NCBI RefSeq assembly: GCF_022045235.1
Contig: NW_027266269.1
Coordinates: 10,788,001-10,852,000 of the forward strand
Source of the DNA: Haliotis cracherodii
Lineage: Eukaryota
Direction: 5' to 3'
Length of the DNA stretch: 64,000 nucleotides
This document shows positions 1-13,054 of the stretch, piece after piece. The notes beneath the pieces are model-generated. The model saw nothing but the letters and a program-made list of their open reading frames with translations. It did no database searches and was not told the DNA's origin. A program made the translations under genes and the position numbers. Position 1 is the first letter of the stretch; each line of letters starts with the position of its first letter.

Positions 1-205
1 GTGAGTGGGTGGGGAATGAATGGGTCGGTGGGAGTGAGTGGGTGGGGAATGGATGGGTCGGTGGGAGTTTGTGGGTCGGGAATGGATGGGTCGGTGGAAG
101 TGAGTGAGTGAGTGAGTGAGTGGGTGGGGAATGGATGGGTCGGTGGAAGTGAGTGAGTGAGTGGGGAATGGATGGGTCGGTGGAAGTGAGTGGGTGAGTG
201 AGCGA
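1..205. repeat. Compound minisatellite GGGGAATGGATGGGTCGGTGGRA + (GAGT)n, running off the window start
   Basis: Direct tandem repeats visible; the same array recurs at 856-2082, 4827-5267 and 8358-8793. Confidence 0.95.
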
Positions 206-596
206 GTAAGTCGCGTAACACTGTTGGATCCAGACTACGGACACAGTTTTGTGTGTTTGTGTTAGATATCACAAAATGAATAGTTACTTAAGCCAAATCC
301 GATTATGCGCTGATCATAAAACTATAAGCATATCTCAAAATTCATTTATTAATATCTAAACTGGGAAAAAAAGAAATATTTAAAATGGATTTTTTGATAA
401 TATTTCATTTAATGATATCAATAGACGAATTATTGATATAACAGCGCCGCGGAACCTATTCAGATGGGAAATGCATTGTATAGATTGAACCCAAGTCTCA
501 ACTAGGATAAGTAATGACCGATAAACCTCGGAAAGAACTGATAGAATCGTGACAATGAATTATAAACACAAAAAATGTGTGACTATCATTAATTCA

Positions 597-848
597 GCCT
601 GTGAAGATGCGGGTTAGAATTCGTCTTCAACTTCCCACGCTTGTCGTAAGAGGCGACTAACGGGATCGGGTGGTCAGGCGCGCTGACTTGGTTGATGCAT
701 GTCATCGTATCATCATTGCGAAGGTCGATGCTCATGATGTCAGCCATTGGATTGTCTGGTCCAGACTCGATTGATTTACAGACGACCGTCATAAAGCTGG
801 AATATTGCTGAGAGCGGCGTTAAAACAACAAACCAACCAACCAACCAA
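597..848 (+). mobile_element. Retroposon family D (non-tRNA structured head, (AAAC/AACC)n tail); duplicated at 2637-2874, 5823-6060, 9350-9588
   Basis: CCTGTGAAGATG...GTCGTAAGAGGCGACTAACGGG head and GCTGGAATATTGCTGAGAGCGGCGTTAAA 3' end match many dispersed copies. Confidence 0.85.
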
Positions 849-855
849 CTTCCAT

Positions 856-2082
856 GTGAGTGAGTGAGTGGGTGGGGAACGGATGGGTCGATGGAAGTGA
901 GTGAGTGAGTGAGTGAGTGAGTGGGTGGGGAATGGATGGGTCGATGGAAGTGAGTGGGTGAGTGAGTGAGTGAGTGGTGGGGAATGGACGGGTCGGTGGA
1001 AGTGAGTGAGTGAGTGAGTGAGTGAGTGAGTGGGTGGGGAATAGATGGGTCGGTGGAAGTGAGTGAGTGAGTGAGTGAGTGAGTGAGTGGGTGGGGAATG
1101 GATGGGTCGGTGGAAGTGAGTGAGTGGTGGGGAATGGATGGGTCGGTGGGAGTGAGTGAGTGAGTGAGTGGGTGGGGAATGGATGGGTCGGTGGGAGTGA
1201 GTGAGTGGGTGGGGAATGGATGGGTCGATGGAAGTGAGTGGGTGAGTGAGTGAGTGGGTGGGGAATGGATGGGTCGGTGGGAGTGAGTGAGTGAGTGAGT
1301 GGGTGGGGAATGGATGGGTCGGTGGGAGTGAGTGAGTGGGTGGGGAATGGATGGGTCGATGGAAGTGAGTGAGTGAGTGAGTGGGTGGGGAATGGATGGG
1401 TCGGTGGGAGTGAGTGAGTGGTGGGGAATGGATGGGTCGATGGAAGTGAGTGGGTGAGTGAGTGAGTGGGTGGGGAATGGATGGGTCGGTGGGAGTGAGT
1501 GAGTGAGTGAGTGGGTGGGGAATGGATGGGTCGGTGGGAGTGAGTGAGTGGGTGGGGAATGGATGGGTCGGTGGGAGTGAGTGAGTGGGTGGGGAATGGA
1601 TTTGTCGGTGGAAGTGAGTGAGTGGGTGGGGAATGGATGGGTCGGTGGAAGTGAGTGAGTGGGTGGGGAATGGATGGGTCGGTGGAAGTGAGTGAGTGGG
1701 TGGGGAATGGATGGGTCGGTGGGAGTGAGTGTGTGAGTGGGGAATGGATGGGTCGGTGGAAGTGAGTGAGTGGGTGGGGAATGGATGGGTCGGTGGGAGT
1801 GAGTGAGTGGGTGGGGAATGGATGGGTCGGTGGAAGTGAGTGAGTGGGTGGGGAATGGATGGGTCGGTGGGAGTGAGTGGGTGAGTGAGTGAGTGGGTGG
1901 GGAATGGATGGGTCGGTGGAAGTGAGTGAGTGGGTGAGTGAGTGGGTGGGGAATGGATGGGTCGGTGGAAGTGAGTGAGTGAGTGAGTGAGTGGGTGGGG
2001 AATGGATGGGTCGGTGGAAGTGAGTGAGTGAGTGGGTGGGGAATGGATGGGTCGGTGGGAGTGAGTGGGTGAGTGAGTGAGT
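856..2082. repeat. GGGGAATGGATGGGTCGGTGG/(GAGT)n minisatellite
   Basis: Tandem array; source of the His/Pro/Thr-rich pseudo-ORFs. Confidence 0.95.
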
Positions 2083-3370
2083 AAGTCGCGTAACACTGTT
2101 GGATCCAGACTAAGGACACAGTTTTGTGTGTTTGTGTTAGAATTACGAATAATAGGTTTCACGACGCTGTGTCATTAGACAGACTTAGCGTCATATTTCA
2201 CTGAAACTCCATATACTCCTTATCAAGGGAGCGGTTAATGTCAAACCTAGTCCAAGTATTGATTTTTAACAATCAACATTTTTTAAAGATATCTCAAAAT
2301 GAATAGTTACTAAAGCCAAATCCGATTATGCGCTGATCATAAAACTATAAGCATATCTCAAAATTCATTTTAAGATATGAATTCATGTATTAATATCTAA
2401 ACTGAGAAAAAAAGAAATATTTAAAATGGATTTTTTGATAATATTTCATTTAATGATATCAATAGATGAATTATTGATATAACAGCGCCGCGGAACCTAT
2501 TCAGATGGGAAATGCATTGTATAGATTGAACCCAAGTCTCAACTAGGATAAGTAATGACCGATAAAACTCGGAAAGAACTGATAGAATCGTGACAATGAA
2601 TTATAAACACAACAAACGTGTGACTATCATTAATTCAGCCTGTGAAGATGCGGGTTAGAATTCGTCTTCAACTTCCCGCACTTGCCGTAAGAGGCGACTA
2701 ACGGGATCGGGTGGTCAGGCGCGCTGACTTGGATGATACATGTCATCGTATTATCATTGCGAAGGTCGATGCTCATGATGTCAGCCATTGGATTGTCTGG
2801 TCCAAATTCGATTATTTACAGACCGCCATCACATAACTATTGCTGAGTGCGATGTTAAACAACAAACAAACAAAAATGAAAGTTCAGGAAATGGCAACAC
2901 TTTCAACCAGGAAAGAAGCGATGAGGATGCAGAGGATGCTTATCTTGTCTGATGGCTAAACTAGACGGTAATAAAGTCCAGTTGGATATGTGGAACCAAG
3001 GATAAGTTTGAACTATCTCTGTCCCCCGGGAGTTCAAGAAAACCGGGTTCGGCAGTAATTAGAATCAACACCTCCTTTAACAAAAAAGGTATTTTTGTTT
3101 GTTTCAGTGATACAATAAACCATACAGCAACTTGCTAGTTAACGAGTTATCTGCCCTTTGGCCATATCCAGAAAATACGATATCCGTTAGTTTGAATATA
3201 ACAGAAGCGGAAATCTGAGTTCAAACCTTTTTTGCCAATATTCTTTTAAAAAAACCGTCCTGATAATGCCACAACCTGGAGCTGTTTTGAAGAAGAAGAA
3301 ATTCGCCAATTATATATTTTTTTCATTATGGTGTAATGCGTTCCCGGAGGTGCGCTCTTGGTTGATACTC

Positions 3371-3555
3371 CTATTGCAAGTTTGTAGCTATGGCGTACAG
3401 AGCAGCCCACACGTCGTTGCCGGTAGGGACGATCTCGGATGTGGGCAACTCAAAGCCCGCACTGTCGGTGACCGCCGGCCGAAGATCCATAGACAGACTG
3501 TAGGGAATATCCCCCTTCAATATCGCCAAGCCCGAGCCGCTGCCGGATGCTGAAT
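3371..3555 (-). pseudogene. Duplicated copy of the M14A carboxypeptidase terminal exon
   Basis: CAG acceptor, then (Y)SASGSGSGLAILKGDIPYSLSMDLRPAVTDSAGFELPTSEIVPTGNDVWAALYAIATNLQ*; same as 10428-10612. Confidence 0.85.
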
Positions 3556-3850
3556 CTGCAACAAGGATTGAGTGGTTTCAGTATTTTTTTTATATCCCGG
3601 CGTGTCGGTTTGATGTTGGATGCTTGGTGAATACCCGGGTTAGAATCGTTATTCAGCAACCCATGCTTGTCGTAAGATTTGTTTGTTTGTTGTTTAACGT
3701 CGGACTCAGCAATATGTCAGCTATATGGCGGCGGTCTGTAAATAATGGAGACTGGACCAGACAATACAGTGATCTTACAAATCAAATCAAATCTGACGAC
3801 AAGCATGGGTTGCTGAATAACGATTCCTACCCCGGATCTTCACGGGTCGT

Positions 3851-4826
3851 GATACAGAGGAGATAGATACAAGATAAAGAGGAGATAAATACAAGATAAA
3901 GAGGGGATATAGATGTGATAAAGGGGTGGTCGATACAAGATAAAGAGGAGATATAGATGTGATAAAAAGGAAATAGATACAAGATAAAGAGGAGATATAG
4001 ATGTGATAAAGGGGAGATAGATACAAGATAAAGAGGGGATATAGATGTGATAAAGAGGTGGTCGATACAAGATAAAGAGGAGATATAGATGTGATAAAGA
4101 GGAGATAGATACAAGATAAAGAGGAGATATAGATGTGATAAAGAGGAGATAGATACAAGATAAAGAGGAGATATAGATGTGATAAAGAGGAGATAGATAC
4201 AAGAGAAAGAGGAGATATAGATGTGATAAAGAGGAGATAGATACAAGAGAAAGAGGAGATATAGATGTGATAAAGAGGAGATAGATACAAGATAAAAAGG
4301 AGATAGAGGTTAGATAAAGAGGAGATAGATACAAGATAAAGAGGAGATATAGATGTGATAAAGAGGAGATAGATACAAGATAAAGAGGAGATATAGATGT
4401 GATAAAGAGGAGATAGATACAAGATAAAGAGGAGATATAGATGTGATAAAGAGGAGATAGATACAAGATAAAGAGGGGATATATATGTGATAAAGAGGAG
4501 ATAGATACAAGATAAAGAGGGGATATATATGTGATAAAGAGGAGATAGATACAAGATAAAGAGGGGATATATATGTGATAAAGAGGAGATAGATACAAGA
4601 GAAAGAGGAGATATAGATGTGATAAAGAGGAGATAGATACAAGATAAAGAGGAGATATAGATGTGATAAAGAGGAGATAGATACAAGATAAAGAGGGGAT
4701 ATAGATGTGATAAAGGGGTGATAGATACAAGATAAAGAGGAGATATATATGTGATAAAGAGGAGATAGATACAAGATAAAGAGGGGATATATATGTGATA
4801 AAGAGGAGATAGATACAAGATAAAGA
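3851..4826. repeat. Purine-rich 22-bp minisatellite with alternating GATAAAGAGGAGATAGATACAA / GATAAAGAGGAGATATAGATGT subunits; also 7382-8357
   Basis: Tandem array visible. Confidence 0.95.
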
Positions 4827-6115
4827 GGGTGGGGAATGGATGGGTCGGTGGAAGTGAGTGAGTGAGTGAGTGAGTGAGTGAGTGAGTGGGTGGGGAATGG
4901 ATAGGTCGGTGGAAGTGAGTGAGTGAGTGAGTGAGTGGGTGGGTGGGGAATGGATGGGTCGGTGGAAGTGAGTGAGTGAGTGAGTGGGTGGGGAATGGAT
5001 GGGTCGGTGGAAGTGAGTGAGTGAGTGAGTGAGTGAGTGGGTGGGGAATGGATAGGTCGGTGGAAGTGAGTGAGTGAGTGAGTGAGTGGGTGGAGAATGG
5101 ATGGGTCGGTGGAAGTGAGTGAGTGAGTGAGTGGGTGGATGGGGAATGGATGGGTCGGTGGGAGTGAGTGGGTGGGGAATGGATGGGTCGGTGGGAGTGG
5201 GTGAGTGAGTGAGTGAGTGGGTGGGGAATGGATGGGTCGGTGGGAATGAGTGGGTGAGTGAGTGAGTAAGTCGCGTAACACTGTTGGATCCAGACTACGG
5301 ACACAGTTTTGTGTGTTTGTGTTAGAATTACGAATAATAGGTTTCATGACGCTGTGTCATTAGACAGACTTAGCGTCATATTTCACTGAACCTCCATATA
5401 CTCCATATCAAGGGAACGGTTAATGTCAAACCTAATCCAAGTATTGATTTTTAACAATCAACATTTTTTAAAGATATCACAAAATGAATAGTAACTAAAG
5501 CCAAATCCGATTATGCGCTGATCATAAAACTATAGGCATTTCTCAAAATTCATTTTAAGATATGAATTCATTTATTAATATCTAAACTGAGAAAAAAAGA
5601 AAAATTTAAAATGGTTTTTTTGATAATATTTCTTTAATGATATCAATAGATGAATTATTAATATAACAGCGCCGCGGAACCTATTCAGATGGGAAATGCA
5701 TTGTATAGATTGAACCCAAGTCTCAACTAGGATAAGTAATGACCGATAAAACTCGGAAAGAACTGATAGAATCGTGACAATGAATTATAAATACAAAAAA
5801 ACGTGTGACTATCATTAATTCAGCCTGTGAAGATGCGGGTTAGAATTCGTCTTCAACACCCCGCGCTTGCCGTAAGAGGCGACTAACGGGATCGGGTGGT
5901 CAGGCGCGCTGACTTGGTTGAAGCATGTCATCGTATCATCATTGCGAAGGTCGATGCTCATGATGTCAGCCATTGGATTGTCTGGTCCAAATTCGATTAT
6001 TTACAGACAGCCATCACATAACTATTGCTGAGTGCGATGTAAAACAACAAACAAACAAAAATGAAAGTTCAGGAAATGGCAACACTTTTAACCAGGAAAG
6101 GAGCGATGACGATGA

Positions 6116-6480
6116 CGACCGCCTCCGTGGTCTAGTGGTAGAGCGTCCGCCCGGAAAGTGGAAGGACCGGGGTTCGATCCCCGGCCGCGTCAGACCAAAA
6201 GACGTTAAAAAAATGGTACTTGTTGTTACCCTGTCTAACACTCGACATTAAGGGGCTAAAACAAGGACTGGTCGGCTAGGAGTCAGTATACAGTGTCTGA
6301 GTGAGGTATTCATGTTAAACTGCGGCAGGGTATCTCAGTGAGCTAGCACTATAAATCTGCATCAGTTTGGACTAGTACAAGCAGCCACACACACACACAC
6401 ACGTACATGCACGTCGCTATATAAGTGCAATAATCTTGTACGCGACGTTAAACCCCATTTCACCTCACCTCACCTCACCT
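6116..6480 (+). mobile_element. tRNA-derived SINE family C (Meta/RUDI-like body, (TCACC)n tail); duplicate at 9643-10007
   Basis: A-box GTGGTCTAGTGG, B-box GGTTCGATCCC, body CCAAAAGACGTTAAAA..TGGTACTTGTTGTTACC; Meta-domain resemblance is from recall. Confidence 0.85.
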
Positions 6481-6901
6481 GATGGCTAAGTCAGACGGTA
6501 ATAAAGTCCAGTTGGATATGTGGAACCAAGGATAAGTTTGAACTATCTCTCTCCCCCGGGAGTTCAAGAAAACCGGGTTCGGCAGTAATTAGAATCAACA
6601 CCTCCTTTAACCTAAAGGTATTTTTGTTTGTTTCAGCGATACAATAAACCTTACAGCAACTTGCTAGTTAACGAGTTATCTGCCCTTTGGCCATATCCAG
6701 AAAATACGGGATCCGTTAGTTTGAATATAACAGAAGCGGAAATCTGAATTCAAACCTTTTTTTGCCAATATCCTTTTAAAAAAAACCGTCCTGATAATGC
6801 CACAACCTGGAGCTGTTTTGAAAAAGAAGAAATTCGCCAATTATATATTTTTTTTATTATGGTGTAATGCGTTCCCGGAGGTGCGCTCTTGGTTGATACT
6901 C

Positions 6902-7086
6902 CTATTGCAAGTTTGTAGCTATGGCGTACAGAGCAGCCCACACGTCGTTGCCGGTAGGGACGATCTCGGATGTGGGCAACTCAAAGCCCGCACTGTCGGT
7001 GACCGCCGGCCGAAGATCCATAGACAGACTGTAGGGAATATCCCCCTTCAATATCGCCAAGCCCGAGCCGCTGCCGGATGCTGAAT
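6902..7086 (-). pseudogene. Duplicated copy of the M14A carboxypeptidase terminal exon
   Basis: Same 185-bp exon as 10428-10612. Confidence 0.85.
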
Positions 7087-10000
7087 CTGCAACAAGGATT
7101 GAGTGGTTTCAGTATTTTTTTTATATCCCGGCGTGTCGGTTTGATGTTGGATGCTTGGTGAATACCCGGGTTAGAATCGTTATTCAGCAACCCATGCTTG
7201 TCGTAAGATTTGTTTGTTTGTTGTTTAACGTCGGACTCAGCAATATGTCAGCTATATGGCGGCGGTCTGTAAATAATGGAGACTGGACCAGACAATACAG
7301 TGATCTTACAAATCAAATCAAATCTGACGACAAGCATGGGTTGCTGAATAACGATTCCTACCCCGGATCTTCACGGGTCGTGATACAGAGGAGATAGATA
7401 CAAGATAAAGAGGAGATAAATACAAGATAAAGAGGGGATATAGATGTGATAAAGGGGTGGTCGATACAAGATAAAGAGGAGATATAGATGTGATAAAAAG
7501 GAAATAGATACAAGATAAAGAGGAGATATAGATGTGATAAAGGGGAGATAGATACAAGATAAAGAGGGGATATAGATGTGATAAAGAGGTGGTCGATACA
7601 AGATAAAGAGGAGATATAGATGTGATAAAGAGGAGATAGATACAAGATAAAGAGGGGATATAGATGTGATAAAGAGGAGATAGATACAAGATAAAGAGGA
7701 GATATAGATGTGATAAAGAGGAGATAGATACAAGAGAAAGAGGAGATATAGATGTGATAAAGAGGAGATAGATACAAGATAAAGAGGAGATATAGATGTG
7801 ATAAAGAGGAGATAGATACAAGATAAAAAGGAGATAGAGGTTAGATAAAGAGGAGATAGATACAAGATAAAGAGGAGATATAGATGTGATAAAGAGGAGA
7901 TAGATACAAGAGAAAGAGGAGATATAGATGTGATAAAGAGGAGATAGATACAAGATAAAAAGGAGATATAGATGTGATAAAGAGGAGATAGATACAAGAT
8001 AAAGAGGGGATATATATGTGATAAAGAGGAGATAGATACAAGATAAAGAGGGGATATATATGTGATAAAGAGGAGATAGATACAAGATAAAGAGGGGATA
8101 TATATGTGATAAAGAGGAGATAGATACAAGAGAAAGAGGAGATATAGATGTGATAAAGAGGAGATAGATACAAGATAAAGAGGGGATATAGATGTGATAA
8201 AGAGGAGATAGATACAAGATAAAGAGGGGATATATATGTGATAAAGAGGAGATAGATACAAGATAAAGAGGAGATATATATGTGATAAAGAGGAGATAGA
8301 TACAAGATAAAGAGGGGATATATATGTGATAAAGAGGAGATAGATACAAGATAAAGAGGGTGGGGAATGGATGGGTCGGTGGAAGTGAGTGAGTGAGTGA
8401 GTGAGTGAGTGAGTGGGTGGGGAATGGATAGGTCGGTGGAAGTGGGTGAGTGAGTGAGTGAGTGAGTGAGTGGGTGGGGAATGGATGGGTCGGTGGAAGT
8501 GAGTGAGTGAGTGAGTGGGTGGGGAATGGATGGGTCGGTGGAAGTGAGTGAGTGAGTGAGTGAGTGAGTGGGTGGGGAATGGATAGGTCGGTGGAAGTGA
8601 GTGAGTGAGTGAGTGAGTGGGTGGGGAATGGATGGGTCGGTGGAAGTGAGTGAGTGAGTGGGTGGATGGGGAATGGATGGGTCGGTGGGAGTGAGTGGGT
8701 GGGGAATGGATGGGTCGGTGGGAGTGGGTGAGTGAGTGAGTGAGTGGGTGGGGAATGGATGGGTCGGTGGGAGTGAGTGGGTGAGTGAGTGAGTAAGTCG
8801 CGTAACACTGGTGGATCCAGACTAAGGACACAGTTTTGTGTGTTTGTGTTAGAATTACGAATAATAGGTTTCATGACGCTGTGTCATTAGACAGACTTAG
8901 CGTCATATTTCACTGAACCTCCATATACTCCATATCAAGGGAACGGTTAATGTCAAACCTAATCCAAGTATTGATTTTTAACAATCAACATTTTTTAAAG
9001 ATATCACAAAATGAATAGTAACTAAAGCCAAATCCGATTATGCGCTGATCATAAAACTATAGGCATTTCTCAAAATTCATTTTAAGATATGAATTCATTT
9101 ATTAATATCTAAACTGAGAAAAAAAGAAAAATTTAAAATGGTTTTTTTGATAATATTTCTTTAATGATATCAATAGATGAATTATTAATATAACAGCGCC
9201 GCGGAACCTATTCAGATGGGAAATGCATTGTATAGATTGAACCCAAGTCTCAACTAGGATAAGTAATGACCGATAATCCTCGGAAAGAACTGATAGAATC
9301 GTGACAATGAATTATAAATACAAAAAAACGTGTGACTATCATTAATTCAGCCTGTGAAGATGCGGGTTAGAATTCGTCTTCAACTCCCCGCGCTTGCCGT
9401 AAGAGGCGACTAACGGGATCGGGTGGTCAGGCGCGCTGACTTGGTTGAAGCATGTCATCGTATCATCATTGCGAAGGTCGATGCTCATGATGTCAGCCAT
9501 TGGATTGTCTGGTCCAAATTCGATTATTTACAGACAGCCATCACATAACTATTGCTGAGTGCGATGTTAAACAACAAACAAACAAAAATGAAAGTTCAGG
9601 AAATGGCAACACTTTTAACCAGGAAAGGAGCGATGACGATGACGACCGCCTCCGTGGTCTAGTGGTAGAGCGTCCGCCCGGAAAGTGGAAGGACCGGGGT
9701 TCGATCCCCGGCCGCGTCAGACCAAAAGACGTTAAAAAAATGGTACTTGTTGTTACCCTGTCTAACACTCGACATTAAGGGGCTAAAACAAGGACTGGTC
9801 GGCTAGGAGTCAGTATACAGTGTCTGAGTGAGGTATTCATGTTAAACTGCGGCAGGGTATCTCAGTGAGCTAGCACTATAAATCTGCATCAGTTTGGACT
9901 AGTACAAGCAGCCACACACACACACACACGTACATGCACGTCGCTATATAAGTGCAATAATCTTGTACGCGACGTTAAACCCCATTTCACCTCACCTCAC

Positions 10001-10427
10001 CTCACCTGATGGCTAAGTCAGACGGTAATAAAGTCCAGTTGGATATGTGGAACCAAGGATAAGTTGAACTATCTCTCTCCCCCGGGAGTTCAAGAAAACC
10101 GGGTTCGGCAGTAATTAGAATCAACACCTCCTTTAACCTAAAGGTATTTTTGTTTGTTTCAGCGATACAATAAACCTTACAGCAACTTGCTAGTTAACGA
10201 GTTATCTGCCCTTTGGCCATATCCAGAAAATACGGGATCCGTTAGTTTGAATATAACAGAAGCGGAAATCTGAATTCAAACCTTTTTTTGCCAATATCCT
10301 TTTAAAAAAAACCGTCCTGATAATGCCACAACCTGGAGCTGTTTTGAAAAAGAAGAAATTCGCCAATTATATATTTTTTTTATTATGGTGTAATGCGTTC
10401 CCGGAGGTGCGCTCTTGGTTGATACTC

Positions 10428-10612
10428 CTATTGCAAGTTTGTAGCTATGGCGTACAGAGCAGCCCACACGTCGTTGCCGGTAGGGACGATCTCGGATGTG
10501 GGCAACTCAAAGCCCGCACTGTCGGTGACCGCCGGCCGAAGATCCATAGACAGACTGTAGGGAATATCCCCCTTCAATATCGCCAAGCCCGAGCCGCTGC
10601 CGGATGCTGAAT
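10428..10612 (-). pseudogene. M14A carboxypeptidase terminal coding exon (proximal copy)
   Basis: Phase-1 join gives YSASG...IPYSLSMDLRP...GFELPTSEIVPTGNDVW, matching CPA YQASG...IKYSFTFELRD...GFLLPASQIIPT; TAG stop at 10428-10430. Confidence 0.9.
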
Positions 10613-10906
10613 CTGCAACAAGGATTGAGTGGTTTCAGTATTTTTTTTATATCCCGGCGTGTCGGTTTGATGTTGGATGCTTGGTGAATACCCGGGTTAG
10701 AATCGTTATTCAGCAACCCATGCTTGTCGTAAGATTTGTTTGTTTGTTGTTTAACGTCGGACTCAGCAATATGTCAGCTATATGGCGGCGGTCTGTAAAT
10801 AATGGAGACTGGACCAGACAATACAGTGATCTTACAAATCAAATCAAATCTGACGACAAGCATGGGTTGCTGAATAACGATTCCTACCCCGGATCTTCAC
10901 GGGTCG

Positions 10907-12271
10907 TGATACAGAGGAGATAGATACAAGATAAAGAGGAGATAGATACAAGATAAAGAGGGGATATAGATGTGATAAAGGGGTGGTCGATACAAGATAA
11001 AGAGGAGATATAGATGTGATAAAAAGGAAATAGATACAAGATAAAGAGGAGATATAGATGTGATAAAGGGGAGATAGATACAAGATAAAGAGGGGATATA
11101 GATGTGATAAAGAGGTGGTCGATACAAGATAAAGAGGAGATATAGATGTGATAAAGAGGAGATAGATACAAGATAAAGAGGAGATATAGATGTGATAAAG
11201 AGGAGATAGATACAAGATAAAGAGGAGATATAGATGTGATAAAGAGGAGATAGATACAAGAGAAAGAGGAGATATAGATGTGATAAAGAGGAGATAGATA
11301 CAAGATAAAGAGGAGATATAGATGTGATAAAGAGGAGATAGATACAAGATAAAAAGGAGATAGAGGTTAGATAAAGAGGAGATAGATACAAGATAAAGAG
11401 GAGATATAGATGTGATAAAGAGGAGATAGATACAAGATAAAGAGGAGATATAGATGTGATAAAGAGGAGATAGATACAAGATAAAGAGGAGATATAGATG
11501 TGATAAAGAGGAGATAGATACAAGATAAAGAGGAGATATAGATGTGATAAAGAGGAGATAGATACAAGATAAAGAGGAGATATAGATGTGATAAAGATGA
11601 GATAGATACAAGATAAAGAGGAGATATAGATGTGATAAAGAGGAGATAGATACAAGATAAAGAGGAGATAGATACAAGATAAAGAGGAGATAGATACAAG
11701 ATAAAGAGGAGATAGAAACAAGATAAAGAGGACATATAGATATGATAAAGAGGACATAGATACAAGATAAAAAGGAGATATAGATATGATAAAGAGGAGA
11801 TAGATACAAGATAAAGAGGAGATAGATACAAGATAAAGAGGAGATATAGATGTGATAAAGAGGAGATAGATACAAGATAAAAAGGAGATATAGATATGAT
11901 AAAGAGGAGATAGATACAAGATAAAGAGGAGATAGATACAAGATAAAGAGGAGATAGATACAAGATAAAGAGGAGATAGAAACAAGATAAAGAGGAGATA
12001 GATACAAGATAAAGAGGAGATAGAAACAAGATAAAGAGGAACTATAGATATGATAAAGAGGACATAAATACAAGATAAAGAGGAGATAGATACAAGATAA
12101 AGAGGAGATAGATACAAGATAAGGAGGAGATAGATACAAGATAAAGAGGGGATATAGATGTGATAAAGATGTGATATAGATGTGATAAAGGTGGGATATA
12201 GATGTGATTATGAGGAGATAGAAACAAGATAAAGAGGAGATAGATACAAGATAAAGAGGAGATAGAGATAA
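10907..12271. repeat. 22-bp GATAAAGAGGAGATAGATACAA minisatellite (intronic)
   Basis: Tandem array visible. Confidence 0.95.
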
Positions 12272-12339
12272 AGTCTAAACACTGATGAGATATAATCATA
12301 ACAATGCTGAGATACGTTTGAAAGTGAATGATGACTTAC

Positions 12340-12400
12340 AGGCTATCTCCTTCCCGGTAGAAGATAAAATGGCCTCTCTGGCTTTATTGGTGATCGACAG
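12340..12400 (-). pseudogene. M14A carboxypeptidase penultimate exon (appears shortened)
   Basis: TTTTTGTTTGAAG acceptor, LSITNKAREAILSSTGKEIA + T, GTAAGT donor; phases 0/1 fit both neighbouring exons. Confidence 0.75.
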
Positions 12401-12529
12401 CTTCAAACAAAAATAAAGACACATTTAACACAAGCCTCTCGGCCTCATGGCGCCAGGAATCGTCTCTTTCTCGCCCAGTGTTTACGCGTCAGAGATGTTA
12501 CCCAAGGTCACGCGCTCATTTTCCTGACA

Positions 12530-13054
12530 ATCTTCCCGAGGCAAGGCAGTTGACTGACTATAAAAGCCCACTTTCCACCCTTGCCGAACTAGGCTGGAAT
12601 TTTGGAGTTTTGGATGGATTAACGAGTCTATGCATAGTCCAATCCAAATCCCGTAACGAAAACGAAACTGCCGTGCCGAATTAGTTCGATTGCAGGATTT
12701 GCAAAGCATGTGTTCCATCAACATGCCGTCAACAGAAATTTTCCAAATCTTTTCGTGTTTTTAATCAAGGTGCTCACGTGATTTGATGCACTCCGCGAAG
12801 TAAGACCAGTTGTATTTCAATATAGATTTTGATTATCTATCAGATCGTCTTGACTGTGTCCCGCCATTTTGTTTGAAGCAAATGCAAGTGATATGAGAGG
12901 TGGAATCTGATTGGTCAATAGTAGGGACATAGAAGGGACATAACTCGTAATAGCCAATGGTGGCGTAACGATCGAGCCCAGGAATTCAAGTCTAGTTCGG
13001 CAAGGGTGGAAACTGGACTTTTAAAGTCAGTTAACTCCCTTGCTTCGGGAAGAT
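12530..13054. mobile_element. MITE-like non-autonomous DNA element with ~75-bp imperfect terminal inverted repeats
   Basis: ATCTTCCCGAGGCAAGG...CCACCCTTGCCGAACTAG versus CTAGTTCGGCAAGGGTGG...CCTTGCTTCGGGAAGAT. Confidence 0.75.

Larger units (their letters stand above)
206..12271. repeat. Tandem segmental duplication, ~3.53-kb period (three near-complete units plus a partial unit at 206-850)
   Basis: Near-identical unique blocks at about 2083-3850, 5268-7381 and 8794-10907; matching ORFs offset by 3531 and 3526 bp. Confidence 0.95.

Noticed and set aside
3266-3553. 95-aa + strand ORF (three copies)
   Set aside because: Antisense shadow of the carboxypeptidase terminal exon
776-12299. Long His/Pro/Thr- and Ile/Tyr/Leu/Ser-rich ORFs
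   Set aside because: Translations of minisatellites open in several frames at once; no coding signature
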